Assembly (NCBI GenBank): GCA_965240325.2
Contig: OZ251229.1
Span: forward strand, 434,001-498,000
Direction of reading: 5' to 3'
From: Rebecca billardiae RCC1528
Lineage: Eukaryota; Protista; Haptophyta
DNA: 64,000 bases
Below, in pieces: positions 11,781-22,096 of the stretch; the stretch's first letter is position 1, and each line of letters starts with the position of its first letter. The notes under the pieces were generated by a model, which was given only the letters and a program-made list of their open reading frames with translations, was not told the origin of the DNA and searched no databases. The translations under genes and the position numbers were made by a program.

Positions 11781-12948
11781 GGACGCGGGTGTGCTGGGCG
11801 GCGTGGCCGGGCTGACGCGCCCGCGGCTCGTGCTGCTCGCGGGGCCGCTGCCCGCCTTCGACGCGGCCGAGCCCGTGCTGCTGCGCGCGGGCGACACGCA
11901 CCGCACCACGTTCAGCGTGCGCGCGCACGGCGTCGGCCTCGCGCCCAGCGCAGGCTCCCTCAGCCTGCGCTGGCGCAGGCGGACGTCCACGTCGGACCGC
12001 GCAGGCACCGCCGCCGCCGCCGCCGCCGCCGACGCCGCCGCGCAGCCGGCCGATGCGCCCGCCATGGTGCGCGCGCCGCGCCCTCGCGCCGTGCGCGCCG
12101 ACGCCCGCGCCGCCGGGGCGCGCACGCCTCCGCCGCGCCGGTACCGCGCGCCGCGCCGCGCCCAACACACGCCGCGCGCCGCCGCCGACGCCGCGCCTCG
12201 CGCCCACACCGCGCGCGTGCGCAGCCGCAGCAGTTGGTGGCGCCGCTGCCGCCGCTGAGCGTGCAGCCGCAGCCGCTGAGCGTCTCGCTGCGGCTGCCCA
12301 CGCTCGGCACGGTGGGCACGCTGTGCACGCTCACGGCGCACGTGGAGAACCAGTCGCGCGCGCTGCAGGTGCGCGCGCGGCCTCGCGCGATCGGCACGCG
12401 CGCCCCGCGCCTCCGCCGCGCGCGCCTCCGCCGCCGTGCCCCGTCCGGCTGTGCGGCTCAGGCGCGCGCACGCCCCGTGCCTCGGCGCGTGCGCGGCTGG
12501 GTGCGTGCTGCGGCGCTGCGCTGCGGCCGCGCAGGAGGTGAGCCTCTCCTTCACGGACAACGAGGCCTTCCTGTTCGCGGGCTTCAAGCTGTGCACGGTG
12601 CGGCTGCCGCCGGGCGCCAGGCGGCAGCTCACGTACAACCTGATGCCGATCAGCGCCGGGCACGTGCCCCTGCCGCCGCTGCACGTCGTGGCGCGCGCGC
12701 CCAACGGCGGCGCGGGCGTCGAGCTCGTGAGCAACGCCGAGGCGCGGCTCGTCTTCGTCACGCCGCCCGTCAACTCGAGCGCTGCGGCCGCGGCGAGCAT
12801 GGCCGCCGCGGCCACGTCGCCCACCGCGTCGCGATCGGCGGCGGCGGCGGCGGCGGAAGCCTTCCCCGCGGGCGCGGGCGGCGGCGCGGCGCTCCCGGTG
12901 CCATCCTCCGCGAGCTCGTCGCAGCCGCAGCCGTCCCTGCTCGACTGA
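8701..12948 (+). CDS. TRAPPC11: TRAPP III complex subunit 11 (foie gras / gryzun domains)
   Basis: N-terminal EIREAPVPVVALVG...LLKDGWWAKH..VPG, IRYEIKAAFAA, LADEYVAAG, YLRDGW; C-terminal AFLFAGFK...LTYNLMPISAGHVPLPPLHV. Introns at about 12067-12233 and 12369-12534. Confidence 0.85.
11714..11778 (+). repeat. (GGC)n trinucleotide tract encoding poly-Gly within TRAPPC11
   Basis: About 21 uninterrupted GGC units seen directly. Confidence 0.95.
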
Positions 12949-13495
12949 CGTTGAAGAGGATCAACTTGAAGACTGACGTTGAAGAGAACGCTCGCAAGGC
13001 CGGCGCGTGGCGTGCAGGCGCCGTCGGCAGCGGTGCCATTGGCGGCAGATGCCGATGCGGCTGCGCGCTGCAGCACCTCGCGTCATCCGACCAGCAGCTG
13101 GCGCGCATCATCTGATCTATGACCGTCGATCTGCTGGTGGCTTGATATGGTCCGGATGGCAAGTACGCGCATCAACACGCACGCATCATGATGATCGATG
13201 ACGATGACTGCTAATAATGACGCGACGCGATGTCTGATGATGATGACGATGATGACGGCGTCACGGCGACGCTCACGATATATATGATGACGATAAGCTA
13301 GCGCAGTTGATTAGTTGATCGATACGCGCGGCGACAACTACGACGAAATGATGGGACGCGACGATCGAGTCGCGATCGAATTAATAATTCTGATACGCGA
13401 TACGACTACGAGCGAGCCGTGACTCTGAAGTCTGATGCGGCCGATCAGACGGCGACGGGCGCGCCGCCCGGAGATCAGTGCGTCGCGCCGCGCAA

Positions 13496-14752
13496 TCACC
13501 TCGCCGCGACGGCGTTGGCCGCCTGGCGCTTGCGCGGCGACATCACGCGCTGCACCTTGGCGCGCAGCTTGGCGATCGCGGCGGCGCGCGGCGATCGCCG
13601 CACGAGCACGCCGCACAGAGAGTCGCAGCCCAGCTCCGCGCGCTGGCGCATCATCTCGAACTCGTAGGCGAGATGCGACATGGGCGGGCGCGCTCTCACC
13701 GTCTCCGCCCAGCAGCCCTGCACGAGCGCGCGCAGCTGGGGCGGCCACTCCGGCGGCAGGCGCAGCCGCAGCCCGCGCAGCGCGACGTACTCGGCGACCT
13801 GCTCGGCCGTGAGGTGCAGCCCGTCGTACGCCCGGCGCGCGCACAGCACCTCGTAGCAGAGGACGCCGAAGGAGAAGACGTCCGACAGCTCGCCGATGGC
13901 CTCGCCGCGCCAGCTCTCGGGCGCCATGAAGCGCGACGAGCCCGTGCGGCCAGTGAAGGCGAGGGAGTGCGCGTGCGGCGCCGCGGCGCTGGCGGGCGGC
14001 CGCTTGCCGATCAGCGCGCCGACGCCGCCGACGCCGGTCGACTCTGGCCTGAGGAAGCGGAACAGGCCAAAGTCGGCGAGGCACGCGCGGCCCGTGGCGG
14101 AGATGAGCACGTTGTCCGGCTTGATGTCGCGGTGCACGATCGTGACCCCCGCCGCGCCGTGCAGGTACTCCACCGCGCGCGCGAGCTCGGCCAGCCAGCG
14201 CATCGCCTGCGCGCACGAGTACTTGCCGCTCCTGCCGCGCACCGCGTCCGCGAGGCTGCCGCCGGCGGCGTACTCGAGGACGAGCGCGCCGAGCGGCGCG
14301 CCGTCGGAGCCGGCAAAGGTGTAGCAGCCGTGCGCCTTCACGATGTTGGGATGCTCCAGCACGCGCAGCAGCGCCGCCTCGGCGTAGAAGTTGGCCACCT
14401 CGTGCGCGGGCATCGCCGGCTTGAGATACTTGACCGCGACGAGCGCGCCGCCGGTCGGGCCGGTGGGCGCGCCAGCGAGGCGCGTGCCGAAGCGTGCGGT
14501 CGCCGCGCCTGAGAGCTCGCACAGCTGCACCTGTGCGTACGCGCCCTCACCCAGCTTGCGCAGCGGCGTCACGTCGGACGCGTCGAGCGCGGGCGAGCCG
14601 TCGAGCGCGAGCGTGGTCACCTTGGCGTGCTGGATGGCGGACATGTCGTCAGCGCCGTGCGGCGTGCGGAAGGAGGGTGTGTCCGCGATCTGGACGAGCG
14701 CGCGCAGCTGCCGCGCCGCCTGCTCGCTCATGGGCGTGGTGCCGGGGGGCAT
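13496..14752 (-). CDS. Ser/Thr protein kinase, tyrosine-kinase-like (MAP3K/Raf-like) type, intronless
   Basis: LGEGAYAQV, VAVKYLK, HPNIV, HRDIKPDNVL, ADFGL, TGSSRFMAPE, DVFSFG, CWAE...RP. Confidence 0.92.
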   Translation of the reverse strand: MPPGTTPMSEQAARQLRALVQIADTPSFRTPHGADDMSAIQHAKVTTLALDGSPALDASDVTPLRKLGEGAYAQVQLCELSGAATARFGTRLAGAPTGPTGGALVAVKYLKPAMPAHEVANFYAEAALLRVLEHPNIVKAHGCYTFAGSDGAPLGALVLEYAAGGSLADAVRGRSGKYSCAQAMRWLAELARAVEYLHGAAGVTIVHRDIKPDNVLISATGRACLADFGLFRFLRPESTGVGGVGALIGKRPPASAAAPHAHSLAFTGRTGSSRFMAPESWRGEAIGELSDVFSFGVLCYEVLCARRAYDGLHLTAEQVAEYVALRGLRLRLPPEWPPQLRALVQGCWAETVRARPPMSHLAYEFEMMRQRAELGCDSLCGVLVRRSPRAAAIAKLRAKVQRVMSPRKRQAANAVAAR

Positions 14753-14939
14753 GGCGAGCGCGTCGGGCGTCAGTCGCGGTGGTCGGACGGAGATCACGAT
14801 GCACGGGCGGCGGGTTTACTCGCCCACAAACGGCTGCTTACGCCACCCCCTTCGCCACAGCTTTGCAAAAGTTGAGACCGTATCCTGGTAGCTATCTCGG
14901 CACCTCCGCGTCTCGCCGCTGCATTTCGACATTTCAATT

Positions 14940-15035
14940 CGGTTTATGCAGCCTGATCATTCATAATTTTATTACCGTCACATACATCCGGTTTATGCAG
15001 CCTGATCCGTTCACATCGGTTTATGCAGCCTGATC
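14940..15035. repeat. Three exact copies of the 19-mer CGGTTTATGCAGCCTGATC
   Basis: Copies at 14940-14958, 14989-15007 and 15017-15035, in the short intergenic gap upstream of the kinase. Confidence 0.9.
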
Positions 15036-16650
15036 ATGCCGGGCTGCTCCGAGGGAGCCGCGCGGCCCCCGGTGCACTGAGCGGGCTGCCCGGCGCCGCC
15101 GTGCCCGCCGTGCCCATGCTCGAGATGGACGTGCGCGTGCACGCGCGGCGGAGGGACGCCGGGCTGGCGCTCGGCCCCGCGCCGCCGGCGCCCTGAGGCG
15201 CGTCGCGCGGCGCGGCCCACGCCGCCGAGGCCGAGACCGAGCCCGCGCTCGCGCGGCGCGGCGCGGCGCCGGGCGCGGCCGCGGACGGCGCGGCCGAGCC
15301 AGGCCGCGCTCGCGGCCGCGCGCCGTCGGCGTGCGCGCGGCGCGCGTCGGCCTGGCTCGTGGCGAGGCCGATGCTGCGCAGCGTCGCGCGCGGCAGCGTC
15401 TCGCGCGCCCTGCGCAGCAGCTTGCCGTCCGCGTTGAGCGTGTCGGACGCGAGCTCGAGGATCTTGCGCGGCTGGTTGGAGAGCGAGAGATGCGGGTGGC
15501 GCTGCGCGAGGTGGACCGCCCAGATGTGCTCGGCGAGGCCCGAGAGCTCGCGGTACGCGCCGCCCGCCTTGGAGGAGCGGATGAGGAAGGCCTGGTGCAG
15601 CGCGTCGAGCATCACCTCCGCGCGGTCCGCCGTCGGCACCGCGGGCGCGTCCACGTACCGCTCGCCCAGCCGCAGCTCGTCGCGCCACGTCGCCCACATC
15701 GCGGCGATGCGCGCGGAGAGGGCGGTGTGTCTGTCCGCGTCCTGCTGCACGCGCCTGAGGCGCAGCTCGAGCGTGTGCGCGCGCTCCTCGGCGGCGTGCG
15801 CGCGCGCGCTCGCCGCGCGCACCTCCGCGTCCGCGCGCTCCGTCGCCACGATCGCGCGCCCCTCCGCGCGCACCGCCGCGCCCAGCAGCGCGCCCTCCGC
15901 CTCGTCGTGCGCCTCCGCAAGCTCCGCCTCGCGGCCGTGCGCCTCGGCGAGCATCTGCTGCACCGTGTCGTACCGGCTGACGAACTCGGCGGGGGAGAGC
16001 GCGTCGGTGTCGACGCGCGAGCGGCGGAGGAGCTCGCCGAAGCGCTCGAGCCACGCGCACTCGCGCAGCCGCCGCTCCTGCGCGGCCATTCGCTCCTGCG
16101 CCCACGCGGCCTGCGCGCGCACGAGCTCGAGCGCCGTGCGCAGCGCGCCCGCCTCCTGCCGCAGCTCGGCGAGCTCGGCGTCGCGGCGCTCGTGGACGAG
16201 CTGCGCGTGCGCGCGCTCGTCGTCCATCGCGCGCGTCGCCGCGGCCAGCTCGCGCTCGCGCGCCTCCTCCGCATCCACCAGCGTCGCCTTCGCCTCGTCC
16301 AGCTGCTCGGCGCGCAGCATCTTGGCGCGCGTGCTCAGGCTCACCTGGCGCGCGCGGCCCGCGGCCGTGTGCTGCGAGCTCGTGACGTGGTGGCGCTCGA
16401 GCTTGTCCAGCGTGGCGCGCGACTCGATGTGCGCGAGCGCCTCGCCCGCCTTGTCCGCGCGCCGCCGCATGCGCACGAGGTGCGCGCCCATGTCGGCGCC
16501 GACCGGCTTGCTCGAGCCCGCAGCCGCGCCGCCCGCCGTGCCCGGCCGGCGGCTCTCCGCGTGGCGCGGCTCGGGAGAGGCCGCCACGGGCGAGCGCGTC
16601 GATGTCGCACTCGCCTCGACAAAGTCCCGCGAGAGATGCAGCCGCGCCAT
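15034..16650 (-). CDS. Coiled-coil protein, possibly CCDC42/CFAP73 (DUF4200)-like ciliary protein
   Basis: Long open frame rich in E/A/R/L heptads; the EFVSRYDTV segment is reminiscent of the CCDC42 family. ATG at 16650. Confidence 0.65.
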   Translation of the reverse strand: MARLHLSRDFVEASATSTRSPVAASPEPRHAESRRPGTAGGAAAGSSKPVGADMGAHLVRMRRRADKAGEALAHIESRATLDKLERHHVTSSQHTAAGRARQVSLSTRAKMLRAEQLDEAKATLVDAEEARERELAAATRAMDDERAHAQLVHERRDAELAELRQEAGALRTALELVRAQAAWAQERMAAQERRLRECAWLERFGELLRRSRVDTDALSPAEFVSRYDTVQQMLAEAHGREAELAEAHDEAEGALLGAAVRAEGRAIVATERADAEVRAASARAHAAEERAHTLELRLRRVQQDADRHTALSARIAAMWATWRDELRLGERYVDAPAVPTADRAEVMLDALHQAFLIRSSKAGGAYRELSGLAEHIWAVHLAQRHPHLSLSNQPRKILELASDTLNADGKLLRRARETLPRATLRSIGLATSQADARRAHADGARPRARPGSAAPSAAAPGAAPRRASAGSVSASAAWAAPRDAPQGAGGAGPSASPASLRRACTRTSISSMGTAGTAAPGSPLSAPGAARLPRSSPA

Positions 16651-16900
16651 CGGGCGAGGAAGCTGTCTCTTGGAGGAGCTCACTCGACGCGAGGCGCCAT
16701 GCTGGAAACAGCAAGCCAAGCCAACCGGTCAGGCGGTCACCGGTCGACGTGTCTTTTCATGGTCCGTTACTTGCGCATGATAAGAGTAGTTACTGTTTCC
16801 CGTGCCATGTGATCGCCGCGGACGCTGCTCACAGTCACTGTCCGAACAGGCTCGTCCGGCCAAACAAAGCCGCGATTCAGCGCGCGCAAGGCCGCCAAGG

Positions 16901-18910
16901 TCATCCGGCGGTGGTCGGGCGCGACAAGGCCTGCTCGCGCTCGCGTGGTGTGAGCGGCTGCTCGTGGAAGTCCTCCTCGCCGCCCACCGCCGTCTGCGGA
17001 GGGTTCATATCCGGCGCCGTCTTTGGCCTCCGAACGCCGCCGCCCGGCCTGCTCGCCGCCCTGGCTAGCCGGGCGTTTCGCCTCTGCGCCACCTGCGTCT
17101 GCACGAGGTCGAGCCTCTGCAGCTTCTTCTCGGACTCCATGCTGGCCTTCTTCATGTCCGCCTTGGTCTTCTTCTCCTTCACCTCGTCCTTGCACTCGAG
17201 GATGGCCCAGGAGCAGCCCTTGAGCGCGAGCACGATCAGCACGGCGATCAGCTCGGCCGAGAGCGTCGCCTGCAGCAGCCGCGGGTAGCCGATGTTGCTC
17301 GCGCCCTGCGCATGCGCGCGAGGGTGGGCGGGGAGCGCGCGTCACACGGCGCGGCCGCGCCACTCGGCCGCTCCGGCGCGCGAGGCGCCGCCGCCGCGCC
17401 CGCGCGCGCGCGTGCCTTGATGCAGACTGGCTCGACCTGCAGGTTGTCGCTGCACACGGGGTAGAGGAAGTTGAGCCCGTCCAGGTCGTCCTCGGTGAGG
17501 CACGTCTTCGGGTTGCGCGGGAGGAAGGCCTGCATCACCGAGTTTGCGTCGTAGCCGTCGTCCTTGGAGACCGCGCCCCACGGCGCCGAGCAGTTGTACG
17601 CGTCGCGGTCCGAGACGAAGTTGTACTCGGGGAACTGGTCGGGGTGGTCGAAGCCGAGCACGTGGCCGATCTCGTGCACCGCCGCCGCCTCGAAGTCGTA
17701 GCACTCCCAGCACGGCAGGAACACGTCGTGCAGCAGCAGCATCGGCAGCAGCAGCCCGAAGATCACCAGCACCACGTACGACAGCTTGAACTGGTGCAGA
17801 AACACGTCAGACACGGCGAAGAGCGCGTCGTCCAGCTCGATCTCGAACTTCTCGAGCTCGTCGAGCGCGCTGATCTTGCGCGTCCTGCGGGCGGCGGCCG
17901 CCGCGCGCCGCGGGGGCGGCGCGGGGCGCGAGCTCAGCGCGCGCGCGCCGCGCGCCGCGCGCGGCCGGTGCGGCCCGCGCCCGGCGGCGCGCGCACTTGA
18001 TGAACTGCTTGAAGATGCGCCAGATCTCGCCGCCGTTGTTGATGATCTCCTCCAGGTCGACGACGCCGTCCTGGTCCGCGTCGAAGGCGATGAGCATGTT
18101 GTAGATGAAGATCCGCGTGAGCTGGAACACCGCGTACACCGTGATGATCGCCGAGAAGAGGAAGAGCACGCCGAGCACGACGCCGACGATCGCGACGACC
18201 GGCAGCCCGTTCGCCTCCATCGTGTGGAAGAGCGAGCAGAAGGTGGCGTCGATGTACCAGCAGAGGTCGGTGCCGAACTGCAGCTCGACGTTGCGCAGGC
18301 TGCCGCCGCCCGCCTTCAGGTTGTTCGTCGAGAGCGGCTTGCTCGCGATCGCCTCGGGCACGACGCGCGCGCCCGAGTGGTCCTCGGGCGTCGACTGGAA
18401 GAGCGAGATCACAATCTCGGCGAGCGGGCAGGTGCGGCAGCGCGTGGAGGTGCACGCGGCGTCGGGCACGTCCTCCCACATGTCCTCGCCGGTGCAGATG
18501 CTCGTCACGTCGGTGAAGTAGATGTTCCGGTTGTTCCCCTCCCACGTCGCAAACGCGTTCTGCATGACGGCCTTGATCGCGTCGCAGTTGACAAACTCGT
18601 ACGCCTTAATCGTGGTCAGGTCGTTGCCCTCGGCGAACTTGGGCACCATGTCGGCGCAGAACTCCTCGTCGTACGCGTACGTGATCCCGCCGCCGAGCCC
18701 GTACTCCGAGCGCAGCGTCGGCGCCACAGACCACCTGTACACGGGCGGGCGGCCGTCAATGTTGGCGTGGTTGACGAGCTCGGTGATCGTCTCGATCTCC
18801 ACGTCCTCGTCGCGCAGCAGCTGCGCCGGGAAGAGGACCCACGCGTGGCAGGGCCATGTGGCGACGAGCAGCAGCAGCGCCGCGCTGACGGCGCGCCCAC
18901 CGGCCCGCAT
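16901..18910 (-). CDS. Membrane-embedded matrixin-like (metzincin) zinc metalloprotease with an internal TM-EF-hand-TM insertion
   Basis: Signal peptide; AFATWE helix; HEIGHVLGFDH zinc motif (17644-17676); Met-turn SVMQ; LTEDDLDGLNFLYP; EF loop DADQDGVVDLEE (18047-18082); three hydrophobic segments. Introns 17885-17996 (GT-AG) and 17306-17415 (GC-AG). Confidence 0.88.
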
Positions 18911-19182
18911 GGTCCGCCACGAGCCCAGCCACCGAGCGCCCGCGAGCTGGACCAGGGCAGGCCGCCACCGTGAAAGCTGCTACTGTATGCAGGTCCCCGC
19001 CGCGCTGGGCCCCGGTCGGAATGCAACCGTCAACGGCGGAGTCCGGGGGTTGCCGTCCGGCTTGGAAAAACTTGAAGACGATGGCGGCCGTGTGATCCGA
19101 AGCGGAAAGCACTGCGGCAAACCCTCACATCGCCCAGGGACGGCAGCTCGGGAGCCACGCGTCGACGCACGGCCCCGCCGCG

Positions 19183-20600
19183 ATGACGACGCAGCCGACG
19201 ATCTCGTACCTCGATGCGTTCCTCTCCGCCGCCGAGGACGCGCCGCAGGACCTCCGCCGCAACCTGCAGCACATGCGCGCACTCGACACGGAGGGCCAGG
19301 ACTTGGTCGAGCGCATCCGCAAGCTCGCCAAGGTGCACGTCACGCGCGCGAAGCGCTCGGTCGCCGACGGCGTCGAGCCGTCCGAAGAGCTCCTCCACAA
19401 GGTGCGCGGGCTCCACCGCAAGATGGAGGAGATCGGCAACGAGAAGGTCAACCTCGCGACTCAGATCCATGACATGGTGCGAGCGCGCGCGCGCGCCGTG
19501 TGCCGCCTCGCCGCGCCACTGGCGGCGTGCGCCGATCCCTCCGCCCGCGCGACCGTGCGCCCGGCTGCCACGCGCACAGGTCGATCGCCACATGCGCCGG
19601 CTGAACGAAGACCTGGCCAAGTTCGAGCAGGAGCTCGACGAGCGGGGCAAGCTGAAGGGCGCCACGGTCGCGGGCGCGGCCGGGAGCGCGGCTGCGGACG
19701 GCGGCGCGGGGCCGGACGGCGCGGAGGACGGCGCGGTGGCGGGCGGCGGCGGCGGCGCGGGCGGCGGCGCGCAGGTCTCGAAGAAGGGCCGCGGCTCGTC
19801 CAAGCGCCGAAGTGGCAAGGGCGCCAAGGCGAACACCGCCGCGGCCGACGCGGCGGCCTCGAGCGCCGCGCCCAAGGCATATCGCTCAGGCTCTGCGTCC
19901 GGCGCGCGCGCGCCCACCAAGCGCAAGAGCGAGTCGCTGGAGCTCGACCTCGACCTGGGGCCGGAGCTGATCGAGGAGGCGACGCCCGGGCAGGAGCTGC
20001 TGTACCCCGCGTTCCAGCTGCCGCTCGCGAGCAAGGAGGACGCGAGCAAGCCGCTGTGCGGCGCGATCCCCGCGGAGGACGGCGCGACGCACCCGGCGGG
20101 CGCCAAGGTGGCCGCGCGCGTCTCGCAGCCCAAGGTGGTGCCGCAGGAGTGGATCCTGGCCACCGTGTCCAAGTGGGCGGCGTCGGCGGGCAAGTACATC
20201 GTCACCGACGACGACGATCCGTCGGGGCAGACGGTGCACACGCTCCCGCCCAGCGCGCTCGCCGCGCTGCCCGTCTCGGAGCCGCCCACGTTCACGCGCG
20301 CGCACGAGTACAAGGAGGGCACGACCGTTCTCGGAATGTACCCGGACACCACGTGCTTCTACAAGGCGGTGGTCACGATCGCGCCGAGCAAGCGGGTGCG
20401 CGCGGCGCGCGCGCGGCGCGCCGCCGCCGCCGCCGCGCGCTCACGCCTGCCGCGCGCGCCCCGCCCCGCCTCCCGCGCGCCCCGCGTGTCAGCGAGAGCG
20501 CGACTACATTGTCGAGTTTGAGGACGACGTGGACATCAACGGCCACCCGACCGTCAAGCGCGTGCCTGTCAAGTACGTCGTGCCGTGGCCCTCGCGCTAG
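19183..20600 (+). CDS. SGF29: SGF29-type tandem Tudor H3K4me reader with an ING-like N-terminal helical domain
   Basis: C-terminal GAKVAARV..EWILA..KYIVTDDD..GTTVLGMYPDTTCFYKAVV..DYIVEFEDD..VPVKYVV; N-terminal YLDAFL..PQDLRRNLQHMRALD..EKVNLATQIHDMVDRHMRRLNEDL. Introns 19477-19579 and 20396-20492. Confidence 0.85.
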
Positions 20601-21179
20601 GGGTCGGCGCGGGTGCCGGGCGTGTCTGTGCAGATCGCGCGCGAGGGGAACGACTGGCGCAACCAGCTGGGCCGTGGGTGGGCGGCAGCAGCACGGGCCA
20701 CTGGCGGCCGTGATCGGCGCCCGTGATCATCGTTGCGGTGTCACGGTAGAACGCGCCGTACTTTTTTTGGCGCTTGCGCACGCAGCTCATCATGGGCGCA
20801 GCCGCACCCCGGACCTCCTGTTCTGCGCACTCGGCGGCCGGCGGCGGAAGGGAGTAAGCTATACGGCGGACGGACCGACGATCCGCCAGCATCGTCGTCA
20901 TCTGACTACCAGCGTCGCGTCACGACGCCGTCGTGTCGGACTCACTCGTGACGGTGTCTCGTCACTCGTGACTCTCGTGAAGTCGTGAGTCGTGATCGTC
21001 AGACCATCAGGCGCATCACTGACTTAGTAGCCGTGACTACCAGTCGCGTCAATAATTGTCGTCACTCCATGATCTCATCGATCATCAGCACATCATCGTC
21101 ATCATCACAGTAGTCAGATGAGCTCGCGGCGCGTCAGACTGCGCCATGCCATGCCATATAGTAGCGCGCATGCCCGTCG

Positions 21180-22065
21180 TCAGTCCAAGGTCAGGTCAAT
21201 GACATCCGAGCTGCCGCTGCGGCCGCCATTCGGACCGTTGCTCCCGGCCGGGCGCGCGCCGCCTCCGCCGTTCGCAGCAGCCGTACGAGCGGGGGTCGTG
21301 GGCGGGTGCGCAGGCTGGCGCGCGCCCCCGGGCGGAGTCTGTTTCTGCTTCTTCTGCGGGGGCTGGCTCGCGCCCGCGGCACCAGCGTAGCGGCGCGCTG
21401 CGGCCTGTTGAGTTTGACGGAGTCGAGCAGCGGCGGACGCCGCAGCGGCGTCGGCAGCCGCCCGCGCAACAGCAGTGGCGTCGGCAGCCGCCCGCGCAAC
21501 AGCAGCGGCGTCGGCAGCCGCCCGCGCAACAGCAGCGGCCGCCGTCTGGTTGGGCGTCAAGCGCTGGACAGCAACTGCTCCCGTGCCGCTGGCGCCGCGA
21601 GTGGCGCCGCGAGCTGGCGCCGGTCCCACCCTCGGTGGCGGCGCGGACGGCTGCGGCTGCGGCTGCTGCGGCTGCTGCGGCTGCTGCGCGGATGGCCCGG
21701 CGGTCGGCGCCTGCTCGGCCGCAGCCAAGGCCGCGGAGCGGTGCTCGAGCAGCCTCGCGCCCGCGCGCACGCGCGTCGCGCGTGCCGCCGCCGATCCGGC
21801 GGGCGCGACACGGCTGGCGCTGGCCTCGCGCGCGGCGGCCGCGACCCTGTGCTGCAGCATGCGCGCCAGCGCAGGCATGTCCGTCTCCTCGAGCGTGTCA
21901 AAGAGACCCGACGTCTCGCCGTCGCCGCAGCGCACGCCGATCATGCGCTGGTAGTCCGCCGCGGACGTGACAAACACGGGCAGCTCAAAGCGCTCCGCCT
22001 CCGCCTCCGCCTCCGCACGCAGCGGCACCGGCGGCTGTGGCGGCTGCGAAGGCTCGGCGGCGGCG

Positions 22066-22096
<31 letters not shown>

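Noticed and set aside
14940-15035. Possible mini CRISPR array
   Set aside because: Only three 19-bp repeats with unequal spacers of 30 and 9 nt, no cas genes, and a eukaryotic intron-containing context.
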